Shown: positions 19,001 through 27,047, counted from the stretch's first letter. The stretch: DNA of 64,000 nt from Candidatus Marsarchaeota archaeon (GCA_023473665.1 JAMCYM010000001.1:52923-116922); one strand, 5' to 3'. Numbers and translations are program-made. Notes: generated by a model from the letters alone, not told the origin.

Positions 19001-19423
19001 AGCTACATATTCGACGGCGAGGCGTCGCTTGTGCTAGAGAACCCTAAGGAGCCGTTCGAATCGGGGCTCAAGATAAGCATGCAGGATAAGTTCAAGAAAA
19101 CAACAGAGCAGCTTTCTGGGGGAGAGAAGTCGCTGCTAATACTCATACTGATATTTGCGATACAGATGCGCAACCCGATGTCATTCTACATATTCGACGA
19201 GATAGATGCTGCGCTGGACAAAGAGAACTCGAAGAAGCTCTCCATGCTGATAAAGCAGATGAGCTCTAGGTCGCAGTTCGTTGTCGTGAGCCACAACGAC
19301 TCGCTGATAAGCGCAGCCGAAACGGCGATGGGCGTGGCCCTGCAGAACGGCGAGTCGAAGGTCATAGGAATACAGCTCGTCGGGCCAGGCACTCCCGAGA
19401 GTGCGGAGAAGAAGAAAGCATAG
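16010..19423 (+). CDS. smc: Chromosome segregation protein SMC
   Basis: 1137 aa; N-terminal Walker A GPNGSGKSN, long coiled coils, hinge, C-terminal LSGGEKSL signature and FDEIDAALD Walker B. Confidence 0.9.
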   Translation: MLYLDRLTLHNFKSFRHANVSFSNGFNCIVGPNGSGKSNLCDSLLFALGESSLRRMRVTATANLINGTVKPDPETHLKRSYVTVMFSDGSDKHIEVSRIVRSNSKISYRLDGKRVHRQDIMDVLDANNCNINETNTITQGEITRILNYNAKERRGLLDVAAGIKEFDDKKESSLKELGKVEDKISNAKVMLGEREGFLNELKKEKDDAERYIALTDSVKRMNYSLLKKRELQLAKEYGEAADKLSRFGETRTGIERRISSLGEEANKLGAERSDKSQKLSERSLETSSAGKKLEEINASAATVAAQSDSLSKELSAGKERIELQKSERKRIKSQIGANEAELQAVKAQIDERSSTLKSLGVGPEEAEEALAAYEEHQKRVDSATEEEEALQRRLASANARSQQLESESKGIGSQIASLSEELSASEKRAQDAKASSASVAKRISDAKESISAIMAEEEKLQKERARLDEQVINVRESLALYGGSQDRAAAALSSSIKQGFYGRAYELCSFDDKYSNAVSAAAGSRLNYFIVDSIDVAKRCIETIKQKGLGRSTFIPLRELSVKLTERASGQEPLINFVKFDKKFAQAFEYVFSNTFLVPSVDAAQKIGVGKHRFVTLDGELIEQSGAITGGQIKAMQFPGKLQAELKSLEEERAGLAKSLLDISARVDSAKKALSALEIESMNYGIELKHAGEASETALTALKELNARGSSLSSQMLAAQKELNSLESAIRDAAKRKSAARAARDALHSALASSQKGTEAQDGASKAMSSGIRKEIEQLMMRQASLAKENEMLAARDSELEAELVKLSRDADQAKDSIASLKERQKGLLAQKGELEKKLKSHDELSSSLYKELSELDKRISELGFERGERQAELDKLNRELMLAESAKMQLETRLGDIKAELATYPAYEEMPDSPESLEKRLVIAKSDIERLGNVNLKAPEMYEVRKRDVDEAEAKLQVLDNERNSVLSMINEIESKKLAVFMETFRSVNENFRQLYSYIFDGEASLVLENPKEPFESGLKISMQDKFKKTTEQLSGGEKSLLILILIFAIQMRNPMSFYIFDEIDAALDKENSKKLSMLIKQMSSRSQFVVVSHNDSLISAAETAMGVALQNGESKVIGIQLVGPGTPESAEKKKA

Positions 19424-19436
19424 GCAGGTGTTTATT

Positions 19437-20450
19437 ATGCAGGGAAAGAGAGCCAACCACAATGCCAATGTGCAGCGCAGGCATGATATAATCACATGGC
19501 CACTATATGTGCTGCTCGTTCTGATGCTCGCTCTTTACATATTGTTCCAGCGCGTCGCCTACATCTCGCTCGTTGCAGGCATACTGGTCGTAGTGCTGAT
19601 AGTAGCGCTGCTCGTCATAGAGATAGCCAATGCATCGATGCAGAAGAAGGGAAGGGTGCGGAACATTGCCGAGATAGTGCTGGGCATAGCCATAGTGGTC
19701 GCGCTGTGGTTCGGGCTTCAGGCGGTGCTGGCCACGAGCCATCCGCTCGACGTGGTGCCGAGCTGCAGTATGCTGCCTTACCTGCAGAGGGGCGATATGA
19801 TCCTGCTCCAGGGGGTGCATAACATATCTCAGATAAAGGCGCCTGTCGTCGATGTAACCCAGGAGCAGGTTGCCGCGCTCGAGCAGAACCTCAACAGGGA
19901 GTCGCTGGAGTGCGTAGCATACCTCAGCACCCCTGCAGGCACGTACGTCTCGCAGTTCGTGCGGCAGGGTTACAGCGTTGGCCTGCTCTACAGCTCATCT
20001 TCAGGAAGCGAGATAGTGCCCGGCAGCTTCCAAGACGGGAATCTCGTGCGCTACACCTGCGGCACCACAAGCGTGCTATTCACGAACGGCACCATAATGC
20101 AGGAAGCGTATACAAAGTCGATAACGATCGGAAACACAACTATAACCGGAGACGCCAACAACACCGTGCTGGTATACGGAACCGTGCCTGGCGACCTGTT
20201 CTACAGCTATGGCGACGCCTACATAGTGCACAGGGTATACGCGGTGCTCCGCACAAGCAGCAACTACTACGTGCTTACGAAGGGCGACAACAATCCTGGC
20301 CTAGACTTGCAGTACGGCAATTACCCTGCTAATTCCTCGGAAGTGCAGGGCAAGGTCATCGCCTCAATTCCTTATCTCGGGTACCTCAAGCTCGCGATAA
20401 GCGGCAGCTTCACAGAGCCAACGGGCTGCAACTACACGACGCAGGGCTGA
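19437..20450 (+). CDS. Signal peptidase I (archaeal Sec11/S26B type) with a large insertion
   Basis: SCSMLPYLQRGD (Ser box), IVHRV (His box) and TKGDNN; N-terminal TM segments. The ATG at 19437 follows the smc stop. Confidence 0.7.
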   Translation: MQGKRANHNANVQRRHDIITWPLYVLLVLMLALYILFQRVAYISLVAGILVVVLIVALLVIEIANASMQKKGRVRNIAEIVLGIAIVVALWFGLQAVLATSHPLDVVPSCSMLPYLQRGDMILLQGVHNISQIKAPVVDVTQEQVAALEQNLNRESLECVAYLSTPAGTYVSQFVRQGYSVGLLYSSSSGSEIVPGSFQDGNLVRYTCGTTSVLFTNGTIMQEAYTKSITIGNTTITGDANNTVLVYGTVPGDLFYSYGDAYIVHRVYAVLRTSSNYYVLTKGDNNPGLDLQYGNYPANSSEVQGKVIASIPYLGYLKLAISGSFTEPTGCNYTTQG

Positions 20451-20583
20451 TGCCTGCTTTCATACGCCGACGAAACCAGCCAACGCAACAATTTATATAT
20501 GTGTTTCTACTAAAATACCTCTGCAATAAAGCCGACTTAGCGTCTGTTCTCTGGCCTAATGCTCGGATTTTACGGTGCCCTAA

Positions 20584-20904
20584 ATGGCAGACTTGGCAAG
20601 CGACATACGGCTCGCAGTCGACAGCGGAGTCACAGCCATGGGCGTCAACAAGGTCATAGACTCGATAAAGGACAATAGCGCCAAGCTCATAGTCCTGGCA
20701 GAGAAGAACAAGCCCCAGACAGCAAACGACATATCGCACCTGGCCAAAGTGGCAGGCATAAGCGTGATTGTATTTCCGGGCAACTCAATGGAACTCGGGG
20801 CGGTGTGCGGCAAACCCTACAGCGTCTCCGTGCTGTCCATATCAGAGCAGGGCAACTCGAAGATACTCGAGGAAAATTACGTTCAACATACAGCAAAGCA
20901 ATGA
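20584..20904 (+). CDS. rpl30e: Ribosomal protein L30e
   Basis: 106 aa; L30e/L7Ae fold with a typical KLIVLAEKN ... GNSMELGAVCGKPY pattern; heads the S12-S7-EF2 cluster. Confidence 0.85.
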   Translation: MADLASDIRLAVDSGVTAMGVNKVIDSIKDNSAKLIVLAEKNKPQTANDISHLAKVAGISVIVFPGNSMELGAVCGKPYSVSVLSISEQGNSKILEENYVQHTAKQ

Positions 20905-20914
20905 TGGTGATATT

Positions 20915-21343
20915 TTGCCTAACGGTGAATTCGCAGCAAGGAAGCTCCTGAGGGAGCGGAGGCACCAGCGCCTCCTGAAGAAGTGGCTAAAGCGGAGGAG
21001 GCTCAAGCTGAAGCAGAAGTACGATCCTATGGGCACAGTGCCAAGGGCGACCGGCCTTGTGCTGCAGAAGTTTGCTGTCGAGCAGAAGCAGCCGCACTCC
21101 GGGCAGATAAAGTGCGTGCGCGTGCAGCTCATCAAGAACGGGAAGGTCGTTGGGGCTTTCGTGCCTGGCGACGGCACCATAAACTACATAGACGAGCACG
21201 ACGAGGTCACGATAGAGGGCCTTGGAGGCTCTCAGAGAGGCCAGATGGGATGCATACCTGGCATGAAGTACAAGGTAGTCGAGATTAACGGCGCCAATGC
21301 GGTGCAGATAGTGAAGGGCAAGCAGGAGAAGCCGAAGAGATGA
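20915..21343 (+). CDS. rps12: Ribosomal protein S12 (uS12)
   Basis: Conserved uS12 sequence (GEFAARKL ... KQPHSGQIKCVRVQLIKNGK ... PGMKYKVV). The only start-like codon after the L30e stop that keeps the conserved N-terminus is TTG at 20915. Confidence 0.88.
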   Translation: MPNGEFAARKLLRERRHQRLLKKWLKRRRLKLKQKYDPMGTVPRATGLVLQKFAVEQKQPHSGQIKCVRVQLIKNGKVVGAFVPGDGTINYIDEHDEVTIEGLGGSQRGQMGCIPGMKYKVVEINGANAVQIVKGKQEKPKR

Positions 21344-22083
21344 CGATCATGGAGAAGGAAGCTCAGGAGGCAATCGCTGGTGCGCAACCAAGCAATGCAC
21401 TTACCGGCAGCGTTGCCGCGCCGAAAAAGCGCCGTCCGCAGGCCAAGACAGCGCCCCTGCCAGAGCACCGCGACGGCATGGACCTTTCGCTGCTTTTCGA
21501 AAAGTACAGCTACGACGTTGCCGTATCAGACCAGAGTATAAAAAGTTACGTAAGCCTGAGGCCTGCGGCCTATCCTGCGAGCTACAGGCGCACGAGCGAC
21601 AAGAAGTTCTCGAAGGCCAACATAAACATAATTGAGAGGCTGGAGAATGCACTGATGCGCGGAGGCACCGGCAAGAAGATAGGCGGGCACGTCATACGCA
21701 CAAAGGGCAGGCTTCAGGGCAAGAAGCTCAAGGTCATGCACATAATAGAGAAGGCGTTCGACGCAGTGCATGCGCAGACAGGCAGCAATCCCGTTCAGGT
21801 GTTCATCAATGCGCTCGAGAACAGCGCACCAATAGAAGACACCACCCGGATAAGGCAGGGCGGCACAATATCGAACATACCTGTAGACATAAGCGCGAGC
21901 CGCAGGCTCGACACGGCGCTCAGGAACATAGCCACTGCAGCAATAATCGGCGCTTTCTCCAACAAGCGCAGCATCTCTCAGGCATTGGCCAACGAGCTTA
22001 TCCTAGCATCGAAGAATGACGTTAACAGCTATGCGATCAAGCGCAAGAACGAGATAGAGCGCATGGCAAGGAGCGCAAAGTGA
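21340..22083 (+). CDS. rps7: Ribosomal protein S7 (uS7)
   Basis: 247 aa; conserved FEKYSYDVAVSD, IIERLENALMRGG and DISASRRLDTALRNI. ATGA overlap with the S12 stop; an alternative start at 21478 would remove a 46-aa low-complexity N-extension. Confidence 0.88.
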   Translation: MTIMEKEAQEAIAGAQPSNALTGSVAAPKKRRPQAKTAPLPEHRDGMDLSLLFEKYSYDVAVSDQSIKSYVSLRPAAYPASYRRTSDKKFSKANINIIERLENALMRGGTGKKIGGHVIRTKGRLQGKKLKVMHIIEKAFDAVHAQTGSNPVQVFINALENSAPIEDTTRIRQGGTISNIPVDISASRRLDTALRNIATAAIIGAFSNKRSISQALANELILASKNDVNSYAIKRKNEIERMARSAK

Positions 22084-22092
22084 GGTGCTCTC

Positions 22093-24285
22093 ATGGTAAG
22101 AAAGGAATACGTTGTAGAGGAAATCGCTAAGATAATGCACGCCATAGAGCGTATAAGGAACGTTGCGATAATAGCCCATGTCCACCACGGCAAGACCACC
22201 CTTACCGATTCATTGTTGGCGCGCGCGGGTCTCATATCCAAGACGGTTGCAGGAGAGGCCCTGTACACAAACTACGAGGCCATAGAGAAGGACAGGCGCA
22301 TGACCATCAAGTCCGCCAACATATCCCTCGGCTTTGACTACAAGGGCATGGACTACATAATCAACCTGATAGACACGCCAGGCCACGTCGACTTCGGTGG
22401 TCACGTCACCAGATCCATGCGCGCTGTTGACGGCGTAGTGCTTGTCGTCGATCCTGTCGAGGGTGTGATGCCCCAGACCGAGACGGTGCTGAGGCAGGCC
22501 CTCAAGGAGAAGGCGAAGCCCGTGCTGTTCATAAACAAGGTCGACAGGCTGCTCAACGAGCTCAGGCTCACGCAGGAGCAGACATTCGAGCGCCTGCTGA
22601 AGCTCATAGACGACATAAACAAAATGATAGACCGTTACGCCCCGGAGGAGTTCGTGAAGGACTGGAAGGTCAGCGTTGAGAACGGTAGCGTAGCGATGGG
22701 CTCGGCGTACAAGAAATGGGCCATATCAAAGCCGATAATGGACAAGTACAAGACCACGTTCAAGGACATATTTGCGCTCACTGCCGCGCAGGACGAGAAG
22801 AAGCTGCAGGAAGTCGCCCCGATAGACGAGGCTGTGCTCACAATGATAATAGACCACCTGCCAAGCCCGCAGGTGGCGCAGAAGTATCGCATACCCCAGA
22901 TATGGCATGGCGATCTCAACAGCCCTGACGGCCAGGCGATGCTCAACACCGATGCATCTGCCGGAACAAACGTCGTTGTGTTCAACATAGTTTATGATCC
23001 ACACAGCGGCGACGTGCCGGTAGGACGCATATTCTCAGGCGTGGCAAAGAAGGGCATAGAGCTGCACGTGTCAGGCAACCCTGGGACGCAAAGGCTCCAG
23101 CAGGTCGGCATATACATGGCGGCGGAGCGCGTTCCGGTGGAGCAGATACCCGCTGGCAACATAGTAGCGCTCATAGGCCTCAAGGACGTCAACATAGGCG
23201 ACACGATAAGCACCAACATCATAGAGCCGTTCGAGCAGATAACGCACTACTCTAAGCCCGTTGTGACGAAGGCGGTGGAAGCCAAAGACACGCGCGACAC
23301 CACGAAGCTCATAGAGGCGCTGCGCGAGCTCTCCAAGGAAGACCCAACGATAGTGACCGAGATAAATCAGGAAACCGGAGAGCATCTGGTCAGCGGCATG
23401 GGAGAGCTGCACCTCGAGATAATAGAGACGAAGCTCAGGGACGATTTCAAGATTCCGGTCATAACGAGCCCGCCGATCGTGATATACAGGGAAACGATAA
23501 ACTCCAAAGCAGGCCCGATAGAGGGCAAGACCCCGAACAGGCACTCCAGGTTCTATGTTACTGTCGAGCCGCTGTCAGAAGGCGTACAGAAGGCGATAGA
23601 CGAGGGCTCCATACGCGAGGGCAAGCCCAAAGGCCAAAACGCCATAGAGGCGATGGTCACAGCAGGGCTGGACAGGCAGATAGCCAAGAACGTTGAGGAG
23701 ATATCCAACAAGTGCATGCTCGCAGACACGACGCACGGCGTCCAGTATATGAACGAGGTCATGGAGCTCTTGATAGACGGCTTCGACGAGGCCGTCAAGG
23801 ACGGCCCGTTGGCAAGGGAGAAATGCTCAGGCGTGCTGGTCAGCGTGGTAGACGCAACCATACACGAGGATCCCGTGCACAGGGGGCCTGCGCAGATAAT
23901 ACCTGCTATAAGGAACGCGATATATGCAGGCATGCTCACGGCCGGCGTGACCCTCCTGGAGCCCAAACAGGACTTCACGATAAACATACCACAGGAGTAC
24001 ATTTCCAATGTTATAACGTTCATCCAGAGCAAGCGCGGCCAGGTTGCAAGCATAACGCAGGACCGCGAGCAGGTCTCGATAACTGCGAAGATGCCTGTTG
24101 CAGAGACGCTGAAGGGTTTCTCGAACGACCTCCGCGGCCTGACGCAAGGCAGGGCCATATGGTACACGGCATTCGCTGGCTACGAACGCCTGCCCACGGA
24201 CCTGCAGAACAAGATAGTCCGCGAGATACGCGAACGCAAGGGGCAGAGCCCTGAGCCGCCAACGCCAGCGCAGTTCATGGACTAA
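22093..24285 (+). CDS. fusA: Translation elongation factor aEF-2
   Basis: 730 aa; G1 AHVHHGKTT, DTPGHVDF and NKVD motifs; the diphthamide-loop His region is present. Confidence 0.95.
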   Translation: MVRKEYVVEEIAKIMHAIERIRNVAIIAHVHHGKTTLTDSLLARAGLISKTVAGEALYTNYEAIEKDRRMTIKSANISLGFDYKGMDYIINLIDTPGHVDFGGHVTRSMRAVDGVVLVVDPVEGVMPQTETVLRQALKEKAKPVLFINKVDRLLNELRLTQEQTFERLLKLIDDINKMIDRYAPEEFVKDWKVSVENGSVAMGSAYKKWAISKPIMDKYKTTFKDIFALTAAQDEKKLQEVAPIDEAVLTMIIDHLPSPQVAQKYRIPQIWHGDLNSPDGQAMLNTDASAGTNVVVFNIVYDPHSGDVPVGRIFSGVAKKGIELHVSGNPGTQRLQQVGIYMAAERVPVEQIPAGNIVALIGLKDVNIGDTISTNIIEPFEQITHYSKPVVTKAVEAKDTRDTTKLIEALRELSKEDPTIVTEINQETGEHLVSGMGELHLEIIETKLRDDFKIPVITSPPIVIYRETINSKAGPIEGKTPNRHSRFYVTVEPLSEGVQKAIDEGSIREGKPKGQNAIEAMVTAGLDRQIAKNVEEISNKCMLADTTHGVQYMNEVMELLIDGFDEAVKDGPLAREKCSGVLVSVVDATIHEDPVHRGPAQIIPAIRNAIYAGMLTAGVTLLEPKQDFTINIPQEYISNVITFIQSKRGQVASITQDREQVSITAKMPVAETLKGFSNDLRGLTQGRAIWYTAFAGYERLPTDLQNKIVREIRERKGQSPEPPTPAQFMD

Positions 24286-24303
24286 CGGTTTGCTCATAAC
24301 GTA

Positions 24304-24326
24304 GCTCATAAAGTCATTTTATGAGC
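24304..24326 (+). terminator. 9-bp hairpin downstream of aEF-2
   Basis: GCTCATAAA / TTTATGAGC stem with a 5-nt loop, 19 nt after the EF-2 stop, followed by a T-rich stretch. Confidence 0.3.
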
Positions 24327-24365
24327 AGAATTGATTTCTTGAACAAAGCTATGGACTAGCGAACG

Positions 24366-24373
24366 TTTAAATA
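24366..24373 (+). promoter_or_regulatory. TATA box of the L7Ae-S28e-L24e operon
   Basis: TTTAAATA about 78 nt upstream of the L7Ae ATG, implying a leader of roughly 50 nt that contains the K-turn-like hairpin. Confidence 0.5.
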
Positions 24374-24416
24374 GCTTAACTGGGAATTATCACAGGTTTC
24401 TCCTTACAGGGAATGA

Positions 24417-24447
24417 AAATACCGATGAGGCTAAAACCAAGGTGTTT
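24417..24447 (+). promoter_or_regulatory. K-turn / K-loop-like hairpin in the L7Ae 5' leader
   Basis: 7-bp C-stem AAAUACC / GGUGUUU, 3-nt bulge GAU, G24427:A24440 and A24428:A24439, 2-bp GG/CC stem and a 6-nt loop; ends 4 nt before the ATG at 24451. Confidence 0.4.
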
Positions 24448-24450
24448 CCG

Positions 24451-24975
24451 ATGGCAAAATCCTACGTGAAATTCGAAGTATCTAAAGAAGTCGCAGACAA
24501 GACGTACGAGGCCCTCCAGCTAGCCAAGCAAGGCGGCAAGATAAGGAAGGGTGTGAATGAAGCCACGAAGAGCGTGGAGCGCGGGCTCGCCAGCTTCGTT
24601 GTGCTGGCCGAGGACGTGGAGCCCGAGGAGGTAATAATGCACCTGCCTATGCTCTGCGAGCAGAAGAAGATACCCTTCTCGTACGTTCCAAGCAAGCTCG
24701 AGCTCGGCAAGGCGATAGGCCTGGGCGTGCAGTGCGCGGCAGTTGCCATAGAGAGCCAGGGTGGAGGCGCGTCCGCCATAAAGGACGTCATAGCGAGAGT
24801 CACAGGCACCTCGCAGAAGGCGCAATCTCAGGCGCCTCAGACGCCGGCAGCGCAGCCGAAGCCAAAGGAGGCCAAGCCCCATGCAAAGAAGCAGGAGCAG
24901 AAACCCGGTGAGCGTGCCGAGGCGCAGCAGCCTGCGCCAGCGCAGGCTGAGCCGTCGCAGCAGGCCAAGCAATAA
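24451..24975 (+). CDS. rpl7ae: Ribosomal protein L7Ae with a roughly 55-aa low-complexity C-terminal extension
   Basis: Conserved KIRKGVNEATKSVERG ... VLAEDVEPEEV ... IPFSYVPSK core; Q/A/P/K-rich tail. The ORF track also allows GTG at 24442. Confidence 0.9.
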   Translation: MAKSYVKFEVSKEVADKTYEALQLAKQGGKIRKGVNEATKSVERGLASFVVLAEDVEPEEVIMHLPMLCEQKKIPFSYVPSKLELGKAIGLGVQCAAVAIESQGGGASAIKDVIARVTGTSQKAQSQAPQTPAAQPKPKEAKPHAKKQEQKPGERAEAQQPAPAQAEPSQQAKQ

Positions 24976-24998
24976 TAGACATCAATTCGTGATGAATC

Positions 24999-25265
24999 AT
25001 GGCTGCAGAGTCACCTCAAAGTCCGGCTACGCCGCAGAAGCCAGCAGCGCAGCAACTGGCCGGCTTTCTGGCGGAGATAGTCGACGTGAACAAGAAGGTA
25101 AAGACCGGAATGTACGGCGAGGTGTACTCAGTTGCATGCAGGATCCTGGAGGGCGGCGATACAGGCCGCATAATAAGGCGCAATCTTATAGGTCCGGTCA
25201 AGAAGGGCGACGTAGTGAGGCTGCCAGACACCAGCAGGGAGGCCAGGGAAATAAAGGTAAAGTAG
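24999..25265 (+). CDS. rps28e: Ribosomal protein S28e
   Basis: 88 aa; conserved GMYGEV ... RILEGGDTGRIIRRNLIGPVKKGDVV ... REAREI core with a P/Q/A-rich N-extension. Confidence 0.85.
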   Translation: MAAESPQSPATPQKPAAQQLAGFLAEIVDVNKKVKTGMYGEVYSVACRILEGGDTGRIIRRNLIGPVKKGDVVRLPDTSREAREIKVK

Positions 25266-25272
25266 TGATTGC

Positions 25273-25488
25273 GTGAAGTGCTCTTATTGCGGAAGCGATC
25301 TGCCGAGAGACGGGGGCATGATGTACGTATTCCGCACAGGCAAGATAAACTACTACTGCTCAAGCAGATGCTACAAGTACGACATAATATTGCACAGGAA
25401 GCTGAAGAAGGAGGTAAAGGCAACGGCGCAAGTGAAGAGGGAGAAGCCCGCAGAAGCGAGCACGGCCGCCCCGAAGCCGAAAGCTTGA
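25273..25488 (+). CDS. rpl24e: Ribosomal protein L24e
   Basis: 71 aa; KCSYCGSDLPRDGGMMYV ... YYCSSRC zinc-ribbon pattern; GTG start. Confidence 0.85.
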   Translation: MKCSYCGSDLPRDGGMMYVFRTGKINYYCSSRCYKYDIILHRKLKKEVKATAQVKREKPAEASTAAPKPKA

Positions 25489-25492
25489 GCTT

Positions 25493-25913
25493 TCATCCAT
25501 TCATTTTCTTGTACCTTATGAATTCTTTCAACACCTTGCCATAGCTCTCGCCAATGTCCATCTTCAGCGCATCGGACGGCTTTACCCATCTGTAGGCGTC
25601 CAGCGCTTCATGCAGCCTCAATTTCCCCCCCGTCACCTTGCAATAAACGTCAAAATAAATGAAATGTGCTGGCCGGTGGAAGTCCTTTGAGTTTATCAGC
25701 TCGCCCACGTCACTATGGCAACTGGTTTGAGATCCATTTCTGTTCCTCCTTTCCCTCCCTTGCCATTGCATCCATTATGGTTTCGCCGGGCTCTATGTGC
25801 CCGCCCGGCATGACCCATTTGTTTTTCCACTTTGCGTCCCTAACAAGCAGTATCTCTCTATGTTCGTTCTCGATTATTGCGCTTCCCGTTGCTTCTACAC
25901 CATGAGGGAACAT
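25493..25913 (-). pseudogene. Nudix hydrolase gene interrupted by frame disruptions
   Basis: The Nudix box GGHIEPGETIMDAMAREGKEE is in one frame (ORF 25713-25961) and the C-terminal half is in another (ORF 25493-25771). The third frame bridges them (EMDLKPVAIVTW), implying two 1-nt indels near 25741 and 25705. Confidence 0.55.
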
Positions 25914-25929
25914 GGACGGGTCGAAAGGA

Positions 25930-27006
25930 TCACGCTTCCCGGTTCTTCTCGAAGACCTCATCTAGATCAAGCTCCTTCAGCTCGGTTACCTTCCTCTGTA
26001 TGCCTGCTTCTGTGTATTCGGGGAACTCCACGCCGCTCACTACTATCATGACACGCAGCACGTCCTTCTGCATGTCTGGATCTATGCGCGCACCCCACTT
26101 GAGCATCGCATCAGGACTTATGCGCCCGGCCACGTCCTGGAATACGGATTCTGCCTCTCTGAGCGTTAGGCTCTCGCCTCCTATTATGTTGATGAGCGCC
26201 TTCTTCGCATTGCCGAAATCGGCATCGAGCATCGGGCTCTTTATTGCGTTGTCGAGCGCTATCAGCGCGCGCTTGCCATCGTTCGCTGTTGCAGCGCCCT
26301 CTCCGGTGCCTATTACTGCATAGCCCGAATCGCGCAGCACAGCGCGCAGGTCAGCGAAGTCTATGTTGACCATGCCCGGCTTCGTCACCATCTCAACTAT
26401 GCCCTTCGTAGCGCTCGCCAATACCTCGTCAGATACCCTGAATGCCATGTTGAGCGGCAAGTCAGGCGCTACCGAAAGCAGCTTATCGTTGTGTATTATT
26501 ATCACAGTATCAGCAACCTTCCTCAGCTTGCCGAGGCCCTCGAGTGCGTTCTTCATGCGCGTCTTGCCTTCGCTGGAGAACGGCAGCGTCACTATTGCCA
26601 CTGTCAGCGCGCCGGCCTCCTTTGCCTCGTGCGCTATCGTTGAAACGGATCCGGTTCCGGTTCCACCGCCTAGCCCACACGTCACGAAAACAAGGTTCGC
26701 ATCGCCCAGCATGTGCCTTATCTCCTCCTTGCTCTCCAAGGCTGCTTCTTCGCCGACCTTGATGTCGCTGCCTGCCCCAAGGCCCTTCGTGACCTTTTTG
26801 CCGAGAAGCAGCTTGCGCTCAGCGCTCGTCTTTATGAGGTGCGGCGCATCTGTGTTCATTGCAATCAATGTTGCTCCGTCAAGGCCTAGCGAGGCCAGCC
26901 TCGTGACCGTGTTGCTTCCGCTCCCTCCGGTTCCAACCACATATATCTTCGGTTTCGCGCTCTCTATGAATCTAAGGATGTCCTCATCGTCAACGCTAGC
27001 TGCCAT
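25930..27006 (-). CDS. ftsZ: Cell division GTPase FtsZ
   Basis: GTGGSGSN, NTDAPHL and GLGGGTGTGS tubulin signature. The ATG at 27006 is preferred, with a TATA about 45 nt upstream; the ORF track extends to 27111. Confidence 0.92.
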   Translation of the reverse strand: MAASVDDEDILRFIESAKPKIYVVGTGGSGSNTVTRLASLGLDGATLIAMNTDAPHLIKTSAERKLLLGKKVTKGLGAGSDIKVGEEAALESKEEIRHMLGDANLVFVTCGLGGGTGTGSVSTIAHEAKEAGALTVAIVTLPFSSEGKTRMKNALEGLGKLRKVADTVIIIHNDKLLSVAPDLPLNMAFRVSDEVLASATKGIVEMVTKPGMVNIDFADLRAVLRDSGYAVIGTGEGAATANDGKRALIALDNAIKSPMLDADFGNAKKALINIIGGESLTLREAESVFQDVAGRISPDAMLKWGARIDPDMQKDVLRVMIVVSGVEFPEYTEAGIQRKVTELKELDLDEVFEKNREA

Positions 27007-27047
27007 AAGATTACCTGCCTGTTCGCCTGTTTTTCTTTTCAAGTAAA

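Noticed and set aside
24985-25030. GTGATGA immediately upstream of the S28e ATG, considered as a C box
   Set aside because: There is no CTGA at the 12-nt guide distance and no D box. The sequence continues directly into the S28e coding region.
26363-27046. 227-aa plus-strand ORF; similar long antisense ORFs occur at 5463-6143, 29501-30463, 30661-31386, 43813-44652, 52009-53022, 54051-55079 and 11657-12268
   Set aside because: Each is antisense to a gene with strong family signatures: FtsZ, SufB, the beta-CASP RNase, the wH protein, Rrp41/Rrp4, GDH, the AAA ATPase and the GIY-YIG protein. None has motifs of its own.
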